Shown here: positions 54,590 to 64,000 of the stretch, piece after piece
How the letters are laid out: each line of letters starts with the position of its first letter
Position numbering within the stretch: the stretch's first letter is position 1
Assembly (NCBI GenBank): GCA_963798085.1
Contig: CAWCRS010000007.1
Span: forward strand, 1,344,001-1,408,000
Length of the DNA stretch: 64,000 nt
Source of the DNA: an uncultured Gemmatimonadales bacterium
GTDB taxonomy: Bacteria; Gemmatimonadota; Gemmatimonadetes; Longimicrobiales; RSA9
Reading direction: 5' to 3'
The notes under the pieces: model-generated
What the model was told of the DNA's origin: nothing
The model's database searches: none
Seen by the model: only the letters and a program-made list of their open reading frames with translations
Made by a program: the position numbers and the translations under genes

Positions 54590-56169
54590 TGCCGAAGGCG
54601 TTGCTCAGCGTCTCCGACAAGACCGGCATCGTGCAGCTGGCGCAGGGCCTGACCGCCCTGGGCTGGGAGCTGATCTCGACGGGCGGCACCGCTCGCGCCC
54701 TGCGCGAGGCAGGCCTCGCCGTGCGCGATGTCAGCGACCTCACCGGCCATCCCGAGATGATGGACGGCCGCATCAAGACGCTGCACCCTGCCGTGCACGC
54801 GGGCCTGCTGGCAAGACGCGAGCACGCGGGCGACATGGACGCGCTGCAGGCGCAGGGCTACGCGCCCATCGACCTGGTGTGCGTGAATCTGTACCCGTTC
54901 GCCAACGCGGCTGCGCGGGGCGCGCCGCTGCACGAGGCGATCGAACAGATCGACATCGGCGGACCCACCATGCTGCGCTCGGCCGCCAAAAACTACGCCG
55001 CCGTGCTCGTGCTCGTGGACCCGGCCGACTACACGCGCGCCCTCAATGCGCTGCGTGCGACCGCCGTCGATGACACACTGCGCCTGGAGCTGGCGACGAA
55101 GGTGTTCGCACACACGGCCGCGTACGACGCGGCGATCGCCGGATACCTCGAGCGTACGCGCGAAGACACCGCGGCAACGCCGGAAATGGCGCTTTCCAAC
55201 ACGCTGTTTCCGCCCGTGGTGCGGCTCGAGCTGCGGCGGGTCCAGGCGCTGCGGTACGGCGAGAACCCGGACCAGCTGGCGGCTTTCTACGCGGAGCGCG
55301 CTGCGCCAGCCGGCTCGCTGCCGGAGATGCAGCAGCTGCAGGGCAAGGAGCTGTCTTTCAACAATCTGCTGGATGCCGAAGCCGCGGTGACCGCGATCTC
55401 CGCATGGCACGGCGATGGCCGCGCCGCGTGCGCCATCATCAAGCACAACACGCCCTGCGGCGTGGCGCTCGCGGATTCTCTCGAAGAGGCGTATGTGCGC
55501 GCACTGGCCACAGACCCGGTGTCAGCATTCGGCGGCATCGTCGCCTGCAATCTGGCCGTGGACGGCGCCACCGCGACGCGACTGGCGGAGCATTTCCTCG
55601 AGATCATCATTGCGCCCGGCTTCGACGCGGAGGCGCGCGCGGCACTGCAGCGCAAGAAGAACCTGCGACTCATCGCACTGCCGCTCTCGCCCGCGGGGGA
55701 ACAGGAACTGGACTGGAAGCGCGTGCGCGGCGGCTTCCTCGCACAGCAGCGCATGCGCATGGCGTTTGCCGAGGAGACGTGGCGGGTGGTCACACGGCGG
55801 GCGCCGGATGCGGCAGCCATGCAGGACCTCCGCTTCGCATGGCGGGTAGCGGCCTGCGTGAAGTCGAACGCCATCGTGCTGGCGAGGGATGCGCGCACAC
55901 TGGGCATCGGCGCGGGTCAGATGAGCCGCGTCGATGCGTCGCGGCTGGCCGTCCTGAAGGCCGCCGACCAGAAGGCAGACCTGCGTGGCGCGGCGCTGGC
56001 GTCGGATGCGTTCTTTCCGTTCCGCGACGGCGTCAATGCGGCGGCGGAACACGGTGTTACCAGCGTGATCCAGCCGGGCGGCTCGGTGCGCGATGACGAG
56101 GTGATCGCGGCCGCGGACGCACACGACATGGCCATGGTCTTCACCGGCAGACGGGTGTTCAGACACTGA
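54589..56169 (+). CDS. purH: Bifunctional AICAR transformylase/IMP cyclohydrolase
   Basis: [43 protein letters not shown]. Confidence 0.99.
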   Translation: MPKALLSVSDKTGIVQLAQGLTALGWELISTGGTARALREAGLAVRDVSDLTGHPEMMDGRIKTLHPAVHAGLLARREHAGDMDALQAQGYAPIDLVCVNLYPFANAAARGAPLHEAIEQIDIGGPTMLRSAAKNYAAVLVLVDPADYTRALNALRATAVDDTLRLELATKVFAHTAAYDAAIAGYLERTREDTAATPEMALSNTLFPPVVRLELRRVQALRYGENPDQLAAFYAERAAPAGSLPEMQQLQGKELSFNNLLDAEAAVTAISAWHGDGRAACAIIKHNTPCGVALADSLEEAYVRALATDPVSAFGGIVACNLAVDGATATRLAEHFLEIIIAPGFDAEARAALQRKKNLRLIALPLSPAGEQELDWKRVRGGFLAQQRMRMAFAEETWRVVTRRAPDAAAMQDLRFAWRVAACVKSNAIVLARDARTLGIGAGQMSRVDASRLAVLKAADQKADLRGAALASDAFFPFRDGVNAAAEHGVTSVIQPGGSVRDDEVIAAADAHDMAMVFTGRRVFRH

Positions 56170-56181
56170 GACGGGGGCAGG

Positions 56182-57660
56182 GTGGTACGCCGCCGGAGGC
56201 ACAGCGACAGGCAGCGTGGGCGGGCACGAGCGGCCGTGCGCCGCGGCGTGCAGCGCGGGGTGCAGCGGAGTCAGGCCACCGCACGGCGGGTGCGCACGTG
56301 GTCGCAGACCGTGCCCGGAAGGCTGTGGCTGGCTTTCAGCGGGACCCTCGGCATCGTCATCCTGATCTTCGCGCTGGTCGGTGTACCGCACGTCTTCCGC
56401 GGCGTACCGCTGCACTACGTCGTCGATCTGGACGCCTCGAAGTCGATCGCGCCGCCCTCGCCTGAATTCCGACGTGCCATGCAGCTGGCGACACACACGG
56501 CTTTGCTGCCCGGCGCCACCGTGGAGCTGCTCAACGATGGCGCCATCTTTCCCCGGCTGTTCGCCGATCTGCGCGCGGCACAACGCTCCATTACCATGGT
56601 CAGCTACTACGGTGTGCCCGGCAACGTGGCCGATACACTGGCGGTGATCCTGGAGGAGCGCGCGCGCGCCGGCATCCCGGTCTACTGGGTGCACGATGCC
56701 GTCGGGTCATCCGACCTGCCGCCTCGCTACTTCGCGTCCATCCGCGCCGCGGGCGCCCACATCGCGGTTTTCCGGCCGCTGCGCTGGTACACGCTGGATC
56801 GGCTGAATCACAGATCCCACGTCCGCGCCGTCGTGATCGATGGCGCCATCGGCTACACGGGCGGGTTCGGGTTCGGTGACACGTGGCTGGGCGATGGTCA
56901 TGACGAGGGCCAGTGGCGCGACACCAACGTGCGTGTCACCGGGCCGCCCGTGCCGCAGCTGCAGCAGGCGTTCATTGCGCACTGGGCGGAAGCGGCGCAC
57001 GAGCTGCTCGCAGGAGAGGCACTGCTGCCGCCGGTCATGGCCGCAGCGACCGCCAGAGCGGCCGCGGACACGACAGGTCAAAGCCCGTCGCAGGAGAGTG
57101 AGGGGAGGCCCGAGCTGGCGGGCGCCATGTCCAGCCCCGCGGGCGTGGGCAGCAGCGTGGCTTCGCGTCTGATGGCTCTTTCGCTGGCTGCCGCGCAGCA
57201 CACGCTGTTCATCACTAACGCGTACTTTGCACCGGATGCCGACTATCTGCGCATGCTGCGTGAGGCGAAGGCGAGGGGCGTGGACGTGCGCGTGCTGACC
57301 AATGGCGAGAAGAGCGACGTGCAGCTGTCATGGCTGGCAGGGCGAAGGCGTTACGAAGACCTGCTGCGCGGCGGCGTCCGCATCTACGAGTACCAGCCGA
57401 CCGTGCTGCACCCCAAGACCCTGGTCGTCGATGGCATCTGGTCCGCCGTCGGCACGGTCAACTTCGACAACCGGTCCCTCGCCTTCAATGACGAGATGAG
57501 CATGCTCGTGCTCGACCCGCGCTTCGGCGCGCAGATGGATTCGCTGTTCCGGCACGACCTGCAGTATGCCACGGAGATACAGCTGGCTGAATTCCAGCGG
57601 CGCTCGTGGACGGAGCGCGTGCTCGAGTTCGGCGCCGACCTGCTCTGGCGCTGGCTCTGA
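56182..57660 (+). CDS. Cardiolipin synthase/phospholipase D family protein
   Basis: Two PLD motifs, HVRAVVID (variant) and [22 protein letters not shown]. Confidence 0.9.
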   Translation: MVRRRRHSDRQRGRARAAVRRGVQRGVQRSQATARRVRTWSQTVPGRLWLAFSGTLGIVILIFALVGVPHVFRGVPLHYVVDLDASKSIAPPSPEFRRAMQLATHTALLPGATVELLNDGAIFPRLFADLRAAQRSITMVSYYGVPGNVADTLAVILEERARAGIPVYWVHDAVGSSDLPPRYFASIRAAGAHIAVFRPLRWYTLDRLNHRSHVRAVVIDGAIGYTGGFGFGDTWLGDGHDEGQWRDTNVRVTGPPVPQLQQAFIAHWAEAAHELLAGEALLPPVMAAATARAAADTTGQSPSQESEGRPELAGAMSSPAGVGSSVASRLMALSLAAAQHTLFITNAYFAPDADYLRMLREAKARGVDVRVLTNGEKSDVQLSWLAGRRRYEDLLRGGVRIYEYQPTVLHPKTLVVDGIWSAVGTVNFDNRSLAFNDEMSMLVLDPRFGAQMDSLFRHDLQYATEIQLAEFQRRSWTERVLEFGADLLWRWL

Positions 57661-57679
57661 TCCCGAAAACGGAGGCCGC

Positions 57680-58114
57680 ATGGCGCGCACCGTCGTGACC
57701 CGCCTGATCGACGCCCCGATCGATGTGGTGTTCCTCGCCGTGGCCGATATCCGCGAATTCTCGCAGGCGGTGCCCGAGGTGGTCCGCTTCGAGTTCCTGT
57801 CCGAAGTCCGCTCGGGCGTGGGCACACGCTTCCGCGAGACGCGCGTCATGAAGGGCAGGGAATCGACCACCGAGCTGGAAGTCACCGAGTACCGGCCGAA
57901 CGAGCACGTGCGCATGGTCGCGCAGGGTCAGGGCACGGTCTGGGACACGGTGTTCCAGGTGCAGCCGGCCGACGGTCAGACGCAGCTCACCGTGACCATG
58001 GACGCGCGCAGTAACAAGCTGTTACCACGCATCATGAACTACCTGATCCGCGGCATGATCCAGAAGGCGATCGAGGGCAACATGGACTCGGTGAAGGCGT
58101 TCTGCGAGCGCTGA
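57680..58114 (+). CDS. SRPBCC (polyketide cyclase-like) protein
   Basis: IDAPIDVVF, GVGTRFRETR, EVTEYRPN; SD GGAGG. Confidence 0.88.
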   Translation: MARTVVTRLIDAPIDVVFLAVADIREFSQAVPEVVRFEFLSEVRSGVGTRFRETRVMKGRESTTELEVTEYRPNEHVRMVAQGQGTVWDTVFQVQPADGQTQLTVTMDARSNKLLPRIMNYLIRGMIQKAIEGNMDSVKAFCER

Positions 58115-58116
58115 AG

Positions 58117-58151
58117 CCGGCCGCACCGCAAGGGGCTCGCCGTGCGGCCGG
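58117..58151. terminator. Hairpin between convergent genes
   Basis: Perfect 10-bp IR CCGGCCGCAC/GTGCGGCCGG; no U-tract. Confidence 0.4.
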
Positions 58152-58169
58152 GAGGGGTCCAACAGGTTG

Positions 58170-60893
58170 TCAGGTCGAGCGCAGCGCCGTCACGGGGTCG
58201 GTGCCCGATGCCCGCCGCGCGGGGAGGAAGCCCGCCAGCGCGGCAACCAGAAGCAGAATCGTCGCCATCAGCAGGAAGGTCAGCGGGTCCGTGGGCTGCA
58301 CGCCGAACAGCAGCGACCGGATGAGGCGGGACAGCGCCAGGGAAAGCGCCGCGCCGATGGTCACGCCCAGACCCGCCAGCAGCAGCGTGCGGCGGACCAC
58401 GCGCCAGCGCACCTGCCACGATGTCTCGCCCAGCACCATGCGGATGCCGATCTCGGGCGTGCGCTGGCTCACGGAGTAGGAGAGCACGGCGTAGATCCCG
58501 AGCGCTGCCAGCAGCAGGCCGGTCGCGGCAAATCCCGCAATGATCAGCAGCACGAAGCGGCGAGGCGAAATGGCGCGCGCCACCACGGCATCCATGGTCT
58601 GGTAATCATCCACGGGCATCGCGGGATCTACGCTGCGAATCACGACGGCAACATTGCGCACGAGCGTGGGCAGCGGCAGCGACGAGCGCACCATCAGGGT
58701 CAACGCGCTGAAGCCGCCCGACACCTGGGCCGATGCGAGGTACATCTCGCTGCCGGAGCCCTGCTCGAGCGACTGATGCCGCACATCGGCCACGATACCC
58801 ACGACCTCGAAGGTGTCATTCACGATTGCTGTCTTGCGGCCGAGCGGGTCGTGGTCGCCAAACAGCTTCTTTGCAGCCGTCCGGTTCAGGATCACCACGC
58901 CGTGTTCCTTCGCGTCATCGAACTGCGTGAAGTAACGGCCGGCCAGCAGCGGGATGCGCATGGTCTGGAGATAGCCGCTGTCCACCAGGCGGGGGAACGC
59001 GGAAGGGTTCTCGTTCCTGGCATAGGCCACACCAACCACGCCAATCGGCCACTCGCGATTGCGCCCCAGCGGCGGCGTGTCCGTCAGGCCCACAGCCTCG
59101 ACGCCCGGCAGCGAACGCGTGCGCGCGGCGAGATCGCCGTAGAACGCCGAAGCCTGTTCGCGGTTGTCGAACTGGCGCGTCGTGTCCACACGCCAGGCTA
59201 CGACGCCTGAAGATTCGAAGCCGGGATCGACATCGAGCACGTGCACGAAGCTGCGCAGCAGCAGACCGCTGCCGATCAGCAGGACACATGCGGCGGCCGT
59301 CTCACTCACGACCAGCGCCTCGCGGACGAACGCGCCGCGGCGCCCTTCGGTGGAGCCGCGGCTGGACTCGCGCATGGCCTGCGCCTCCCGGCCGCGCAGG
59401 ACCTGCAGCACGGGCGCGATGCCGATGAGAATGCCGACCAGCAATGTCACCGCCACGGCGTACGCCAGGACCTCGCCGTCCATGCGTACCGTGCGCAGCA
59501 ACGGAATGCTGACCAATGTCATGTGCGCCACGGCACGAGTGACGGTCCACGCCATGGTCACACCGAGCACACCGCCGGTGATCGCCAGGACCATGCTCTC
59601 GATCGAGAGCTGGCGCAGCAGGCGACGACGGTTGGCGCCGAGTGCACTGCGCACCGCCAACTCCTTGTTACGGGAGCGGCCGCGGGCCAGCAGCAGGTTC
59701 GAGAGGTTGGCGCACGCCACCAGCAGCACCGCGCACGCGGCCGCCGCCAGCAGCAGCATGGCTGCGCGCTGCTGACCGGCAATGTGCTCGCGCAGCGGTG
59801 TCACGTACGCGCCCAGGCCCCAGCGGTTCGCATCATTGCGGCGCAGCAGCTCACTCACGCGGTCGAGATCGGCCTGCGCACTCGCCACTGTGGCGCCCGG
59901 CTTGAGCCGCCCGATGATCGCCAGCGTGTTGCCCCAGCGATCCGTTTCCGGCGAGATGGGGAACGGCACGAGGAAATCAATGCGCGATGCGGGCGTGAAC
60001 GTGGACGCGAAGTCGAACGACGCGGGCAGGACTCCGACGATCTCCGTCGGCTGATCGTTCAACGTGATCGACTGGCCCACGACCGCGGGATTGGCGTTGA
60101 ACCGTCGCACCCAGAACTCATGCGTGAGGATCGCGGCGGGACGCCCGTTCCAGACACTCTCCTCCGCGCTGAAGCCCCGACCCAGCTGCGGCCGCACCCC
60201 CAGCACATCGAGGAAGTTCTGCGCAATGCCTGCGCCTACCAGCCGCTGCGGGTCGCCTCGCCCCACCATCGTGTAGCTGCCATAGTCGAAGAACGCCATG
60301 TAGCCGGTCAGCGACTCGAAGGTACGGCTCATTTCGCGATACGCGCGCAGGTTGTCGGCACGCGATGTCACGGAAGAGAGACCCCCCTGCGTACCGTGCG
60401 CGACCCAGACGAGCCGGTCGGCATCATGAAACGGCAGTGGCCGGATCAGCAGCGGACTCATTACGCTGAAAACAGCCGTGTTCGCACCTATGCCGATCGC
60501 CATGATGAGCGCGGCGAACGTGAAGAACGCCGGCTCGTGGCGCATCTTGCGCAGCGCGTAACGAGCATCGTCGCCTGTGCCACTGAGCCGCAGCCCGAGC
60601 CGCGTCATCAACCGTCTCCGTGGGAGAAAGGAAAGCGATGCCGTGAGACGGCCTCGCCGGGCCGTGGCGTATTCCGCGGGAAGCCGCCGCAGCAGATCCA
60701 GCGTGGTCGCGAACAGCGTGCGCAGCAACGCCAGCGTACCGCCACGTTCCATGGCATCACGCGCGATGTGCCGAAACAGCGCGCGCCCGGAAGCCCCATG
60801 ACGCCGGCGCCGGATCGCGGGCAGCAGCCACTGCAGCGCGCCGAACACACGCACCGCAAGCGCAACGCGGCGCCGGCCGCTCACGCCCATCAC
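58170..60893 (-). CDS. ADOP-family duplicated ABC permease (MacB/FtsX-like)
   Basis: GIGANTAVFS, LLVACANLSNLLL, ELAVRSALGA, EIGIRMVLG, DPVTALR. Confidence 0.93.
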   Translation of the reverse strand: MMGVSGRRRVALAVRVFGALQWLLPAIRRRRHGASGRALFRHIARDAMERGGTLALLRTLFATTLDLLRRLPAEYATARRGRLTASLSFLPRRRLMTRLGLRLSGTGDDARYALRKMRHEPAFFTFAALIMAIGIGANTAVFSVMSPLLIRPLPFHDADRLVWVAHGTQGGLSSVTSRADNLRAYREMSRTFESLTGYMAFFDYGSYTMVGRGDPQRLVGAGIAQNFLDVLGVRPQLGRGFSAEESVWNGRPAAILTHEFWVRRFNANPAVVGQSITLNDQPTEIVGVLPASFDFASTFTPASRIDFLVPFPISPETDRWGNTLAIIGRLKPGATVASAQADLDRVSELLRRNDANRWGLGAYVTPLREHIAGQQRAAMLLLAAAACAVLLVACANLSNLLLARGRSRNKELAVRSALGANRRRLLRQLSIESMVLAITGGVLGVTMAWTVTRAVAHMTLVSIPLLRTVRMDGEVLAYAVAVTLLVGILIGIAPVLQVLRGREAQAMRESSRGSTEGRRGAFVREALVVSETAAACVLLIGSGLLLRSFVHVLDVDPGFESSGVVAWRVDTTRQFDNREQASAFYGDLAARTRSLPGVEAVGLTDTPPLGRNREWPIGVVGVAYARNENPSAFPRLVDSGYLQTMRIPLLAGRYFTQFDDAKEHGVVILNRTAAKKLFGDHDPLGRKTAIVNDTFEVVGIVADVRHQSLEQGSGSEMYLASAQVSGGFSALTLMVRSSLPLPTLVRNVAVVIRSVDPAMPVDDYQTMDAVVARAISPRRFVLLIIAGFAATGLLLAALGIYAVLSYSVSQRTPEIGIRMVLGETSWQVRWRVVRRTLLLAGLGVTIGAALSLALSRLIRSLLFGVQPTDPLTFLLMATILLLVAALAGFLPARRASGTDPVTALRST

Positions 60894-61270
60894 GCTTCCT
60901 CAGGCCGCGACTGCCGGGCGCGCGACTCGCGCACCAGCGCCGCCAGACGATCCGTCTCCGCCGCCAGCACCGCGCGGCCCAGCGCAGTCAAACGGTAGAA
61001 GCGACGCTGCACTTCATCCGCCGGCCCATCGACGAGGTCCGTCTCCTCGATCAGGCCATCGTCTTCCAGCGTGGCGAGCGTGCCATAGAGCGTCGTCGGC
61101 CAGAGGCGGATCGCGCCGTCCGTGCGCGCTTCCACTTCCTGCCGTATCGCGTAGCCGTGCGCCTCGGCGCCGGCCAGCGTGAGCAGCACGTGGAAGGGCA
61201 CGGGCTTGAGGGGCAGGAACGCGCGCGCGCGCGTGTCGCCGTGGGTTGCGGCAGCGGTTTTCCGGGTCAT
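60890..61270 (-). CDS. PadR family transcriptional regulator
   Basis: HGYAI, TLYGTLATLEDDGLI, RRFYRLTALG; overlaps the permease start. Confidence 0.93.
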   Translation of the reverse strand: MTRKTAAATHGDTRARAFLPLKPVPFHVLLTLAGAEAHGYAIRQEVEARTDGAIRLWPTTLYGTLATLEDDGLIEETDLVDGPADEVQRRFYRLTALGRAVLAAETDRLAALVRESRARQSRPEEA

Positions 61271-61278
61271 GGGCTCAT

Positions 61279-61332
61279 CCGATATCGGTTCATACCGGTA
61301 TCATTCTATACATAGTGCCCGGGATCGGACAA
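61279..61332 (-). promoter_or_regulatory. Promoter and two palindromic candidate operators of the padR-permease operon
   Basis: Minus strand TTGTCC-N18-TAGAAT, then palindromes ATACCGGTAT (61292-61301) and CCGATATCGG (61279-61288). Confidence 0.55.
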
Positions 61333-61351
61333 GGGGGTCGGCCGGGTGCGG

Positions 61352-62110
61352 TCAGATCATCACGGCGCCGCCCGCTACATCGAGCACGACGCCGGACACC
61401 CAGCCGGCATCGTCCGAGGCGAGGTAGAGCGCGGCGCGGGCGACATCCTCGGGCGTGCCCAGGCGGCGGATGGGATGCTGCTCGATCATTGTGGCCTGCA
61501 CCGCCTCAGGAATCTGCTGCTGGTTGCGTTCGGTCAGAATCGATTCCGGCGCGATGCAGTTGACGCGCACGCCGCGCGGACCTGCCTGCGCAGCGGCATC
61601 GCGGGTCAGCATGATGATGCCCGCCTTCGCCGCCGCATACGGGACCGGTGAGTTTGGATGCGGCCGGCGCGCGGCTGCCGAGGACATCGTGATGATGCTG
61701 CCCCGGCCGCGCTGTTTCATGCCCGGCAGGAAACTCCTGATCGTGAGGAACGTCGCCGTGAGGTTGACATCGATGCCGGCGCGCCAGGCTTCCTCGGTGA
61801 TGTCCTCGATGGGGCCCGGCTTCGTCGGATTCCCGCCCGCATTCGCGACGACGATATCGGCCGGCCCGAGCTGCTCCTCGATCTGCCGTCGCAGGTTCTC
61901 GATCTCCGCGAACTTCGTGACATCCGCCGGCACCGCGATGGCCTCACCGCCGGCCGCCCGGATCTCGCGGAGCACATCGGCCAGCGCGGCCGTATCGCGG
62001 CCGCTGACACACACGCGCGCGCCGCTGCGCGCGAACTCCTTCGCGATCGCCGCGCCGATACCGCGTGAACCCCCCGTGACCAGTGCGACCCTTCCATCCA
62101 ATGACGCCAT
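61352..62110 (-). CDS. SDR family oxidoreductase
   Basis: TGGSRGIG, NAG, YAAAK, VNCIAP. Confidence 0.95.
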   Translation of the reverse strand: MASLDGRVALVTGGSRGIGAAIAKEFARSGARVCVSGRDTAALADVLREIRAAGGEAIAVPADVTKFAEIENLRRQIEEQLGPADIVVANAGGNPTKPGPIEDITEEAWRAGIDVNLTATFLTIRSFLPGMKQRGRGSIITMSSAAARRPHPNSPVPYAAAKAGIIMLTRDAAAQAGPRGVRVNCIAPESILTERNQQQIPEAVQATMIEQHPIRRLGTPEDVARAALYLASDDAGWVSGVVLDVAGGAVMI

Positions 62111-62351
62111 GACAGCTCCCTCGTTTCCGGGTCGGCTTTCCAATTCCGCTATCTAGACGAAGGGGTCCGTGCCGCGTCGCGTTCCGGGAAGTGCTTCGAT
62201 CTTGCTTTGGAAGGTTGAGCGCGATCGTGTGCCGAACAGGACCAGGGCGGGAGTGGACGGCCGAGTCGAGGCGGCTCGGTCCAGCAATCGGCCGCGTGCC
62301 GCGATGATTGCTTCGCAGGAAGGGTCCGTGGTTTTAGATTCGTGGACATTG

Positions 62352-62434
62352 GGAGGGCTCGCATAATGGTATTGCAGCGGTCTTGAAAACCGCCGGCCCA
62401 AAAGGCCTTCGGGGTTCGAATCCCCGGCCCTCCG
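62352..62434 (+). tRNA. tRNA-Ser (anticodon TGA), CCA not encoded
   Basis: Acceptor GGAGGGC/GCCCTCC, anticodon arm GCGGT-CTTGAAA-ACCGC, long variable arm, T arm CGGGG-TTCGAAT-CCCCG, discriminator G. Confidence 0.96.
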
Positions 62435-62468
62435 CTTCCAACTGACTGCTATCGACGGAACGCTGACC

Positions 62469-62672
62469 TCAGCCCGGGGATTGCTGCGAGCTTGTGTGCC
62501 GCAGCAAGCGCAGCGCCCAGATGCACAGCGCGGCGCCGATCACGCCGATGATCGGCTCCAGGATGAACCACGGATCGGTACCGAAGCGCGACCACTCGCT
62601 GATGGTGCGGAGCGCGTGCGCCACGGCGAGCAGGCCGAACAGCAGGCCGGTGGTGATCAGGTATGCCTTCAT
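62469..62672 (-). CDS. Small two-TM membrane protein
   Basis: MKAYLITTGLLFGLLAVAH..; two hydrophobic helices; SD-like GGAGG upstream. Confidence 0.75.
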   Translation of the reverse strand: MKAYLITTGLLFGLLAVAHALRTISEWSRFGTDPWFILEPIIGVIGAALCIWALRLLRHTSSQQSPG

Positions 62673-62712
62673 GAGGCCCCTCCGCTCCTGACAGATTCTT
62701 GGAGAAGTTGCG

Positions 62713-63957
62713 CTAGCGGCCTACCGTCGCGACGGCCAGCAGACTCACCGCCGCGAGCGTGGTCTGCGCTGCATTGAGCCCCAGCCGGAAGTCCTTGTCG
62801 TTGTAGGTGGAGAAGACGTCGGTCGGCTGGTGCCACTGCGGGTCCCAGCCGCTGCCGATCTGGGCCAGGCGCTCGTTCTCGCGCAGGCTGATGGCGGCGA
62901 CGTAGTCCTGGAACGAGCCAGAATCCGTGTTGCTCATGCGGTCGCCTACCGCGGCCGGGTAGTCGGTCGCGTAGCGGTCGTTGGCCTGCCGGAAGAACCA
63001 GGCGAGCTTCTGCGCATCGTCCGCCATCTTCGATGCGCCCGCAAACTCGATGTTAACATCGGCTTCGCGGCGCTGCTCCGGGCTGACCTTGCCATCGGGG
63101 CCGGGCATGCCGTGGTCGAACAGCATCATGTCGTGCTGGATCATGCCCAGCCATTTCGGCTCGGGATACCGTCCCGAGCCCGCCGGCTGCTCCTGCCCCT
63201 GCAGCGGGGCGCGCTGCTGCACATAGGCGCGGGCGCCGCCACCCGTTTCTTCGTTGTTGAACAGGATGAAGCGGATGGAGCGCTCGGTCTTCACGTCAGG
63301 CGCGTTGAGGATGCGCGCCAGCTCCATGACCAGTGCCGAGCCCGAGCCGTCATCGTTGGCGGCAGCGCCGAAGCCGTGACCGTCCATGTGCCCGCCCACG
63401 ATGTACATTTCCTCCGGATGCGCGCTGCCGATCTTCGTGCAGTAGACTTCCTCGCGCGGCCCCGGCTGGTCCGGCTCCGCGTTGATCTCGCGCAGCTTCG
63501 GATCCGGCTGCAGCTCGGGATTGATGTTGACGCCGGTGGGGCCGCGCATCCCCTTGGGCGGATTGTTCGCGCGACCCGCACCGCCGCCTCGCCGCTGTCC
63601 GCCACCCGCCGCGCCACGCTGCCCGCGGTTGCCGAGGCCGCTCGTGTCGCCGGGCTGGCGCAGCTGCCGGCCCAGGTACTCGTACTTGATGCGCTCCGTG
63701 TTGGTGCAGCCGTAGCTCTTGAGCTGCGCCTCGATCCAGTCGACGGCCGCGCGGTTGCGGCTCGTGCCCTGGCGGCGGTCGCCGAACTGCGTGAGTCCGC
63801 GGATGGTCGCCTTGTACTTCTCCAGATCGAGGCGACTCACGAGCGTGCGTACCGGATCGGTCGAGTCCGCGGGTGTCTGCCCGCCACCCTGTGCCAGCGC
63901 GGGTGTACCGAACAGTAGAAGTCCGCAGCTCACGAGGAAGCATCGGCGTGCGCGCAT
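62713..63957 (-). CDS. Secreted M28 family metallopeptidase
   Basis: GGHMD, ANDDGSG, NEETG, QHDM, NTDS, WHQPTD; signal peptide. Confidence 0.92.
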   Translation of the reverse strand: MRARRCFLVSCGLLLFGTPALAQGGGQTPADSTDPVRTLVSRLDLEKYKATIRGLTQFGDRRQGTSRNRAAVDWIEAQLKSYGCTNTERIKYEYLGRQLRQPGDTSGLGNRGQRGAAGGGQRRGGGAGRANNPPKGMRGPTGVNINPELQPDPKLREINAEPDQPGPREEVYCTKIGSAHPEEMYIVGGHMDGHGFGAAANDDGSGSALVMELARILNAPDVKTERSIRFILFNNEETGGGARAYVQQRAPLQGQEQPAGSGRYPEPKWLGMIQHDMMLFDHGMPGPDGKVSPEQRREADVNIEFAGASKMADDAQKLAWFFRQANDRYATDYPAAVGDRMSNTDSGSFQDYVAAISLRENERLAQIGSGWDPQWHQPTDVFSTYNDKDFRLGLNAAQTTLAAVSLLAVATVGR

Positions 63958-64000
63958 TCGATCGACTCCGGCGAAAGGTCGGTCGATTCTAGCGCGCGCC

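Noticed and set aside
62352..62434. tRNA-Sec (given selA) or a tRNA-anchored island
   Set aside because: The anticodon is TGA (Ser), not TCA, the acceptor stem is 7 bp, and no duplicated 3' end or integrase was seen.

Overview
High-GC bacterial core-genome segment. Gene content and order suggest Gemmatimonadota (Longimicrobiales-like), which is an inference. The + strand carries mostly housekeeping genes: infB-DUF503-rbfA-truB-ribF-rpsO-pnp-M16 peptidase-ald-dut, mreBCD-rodA (no PBP2 gene), accD-folC-hisS-proS-lysA-guaA, clpB, trxA, rsmI, a DUF4159/coiled-coil/TPR/GATase-like envelope cluster, a JAB-DinG fusion, valS, selA, gmhB, iscA-nadA, purN-purH and cls. Two more accessory-looking blocks are 21.4-27.2 kb (lipoproteins, multicopper oxidase, cysK, amidohydrolase) and 57.7-64 kb (SRPBCC, PadR-ADOP permease, SDR, tRNA-Ser, M28 peptidase). 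No integrase, transposase, CRISPR array or rRNA is visible. The main unexplained signals are (1) a ~410-bp nested inverted-repeat element directly after guaA, (2) a related dispersed intergenic repeat family built from GGGCT[G/C] hexamers and AACGGAT motifs, (3) Asp->Asn changes in conserved motifs that all fall in CAATG context, a possible DNA-modification footprint, and (4) seven +1 frameshifts that are probably sequencing errors.
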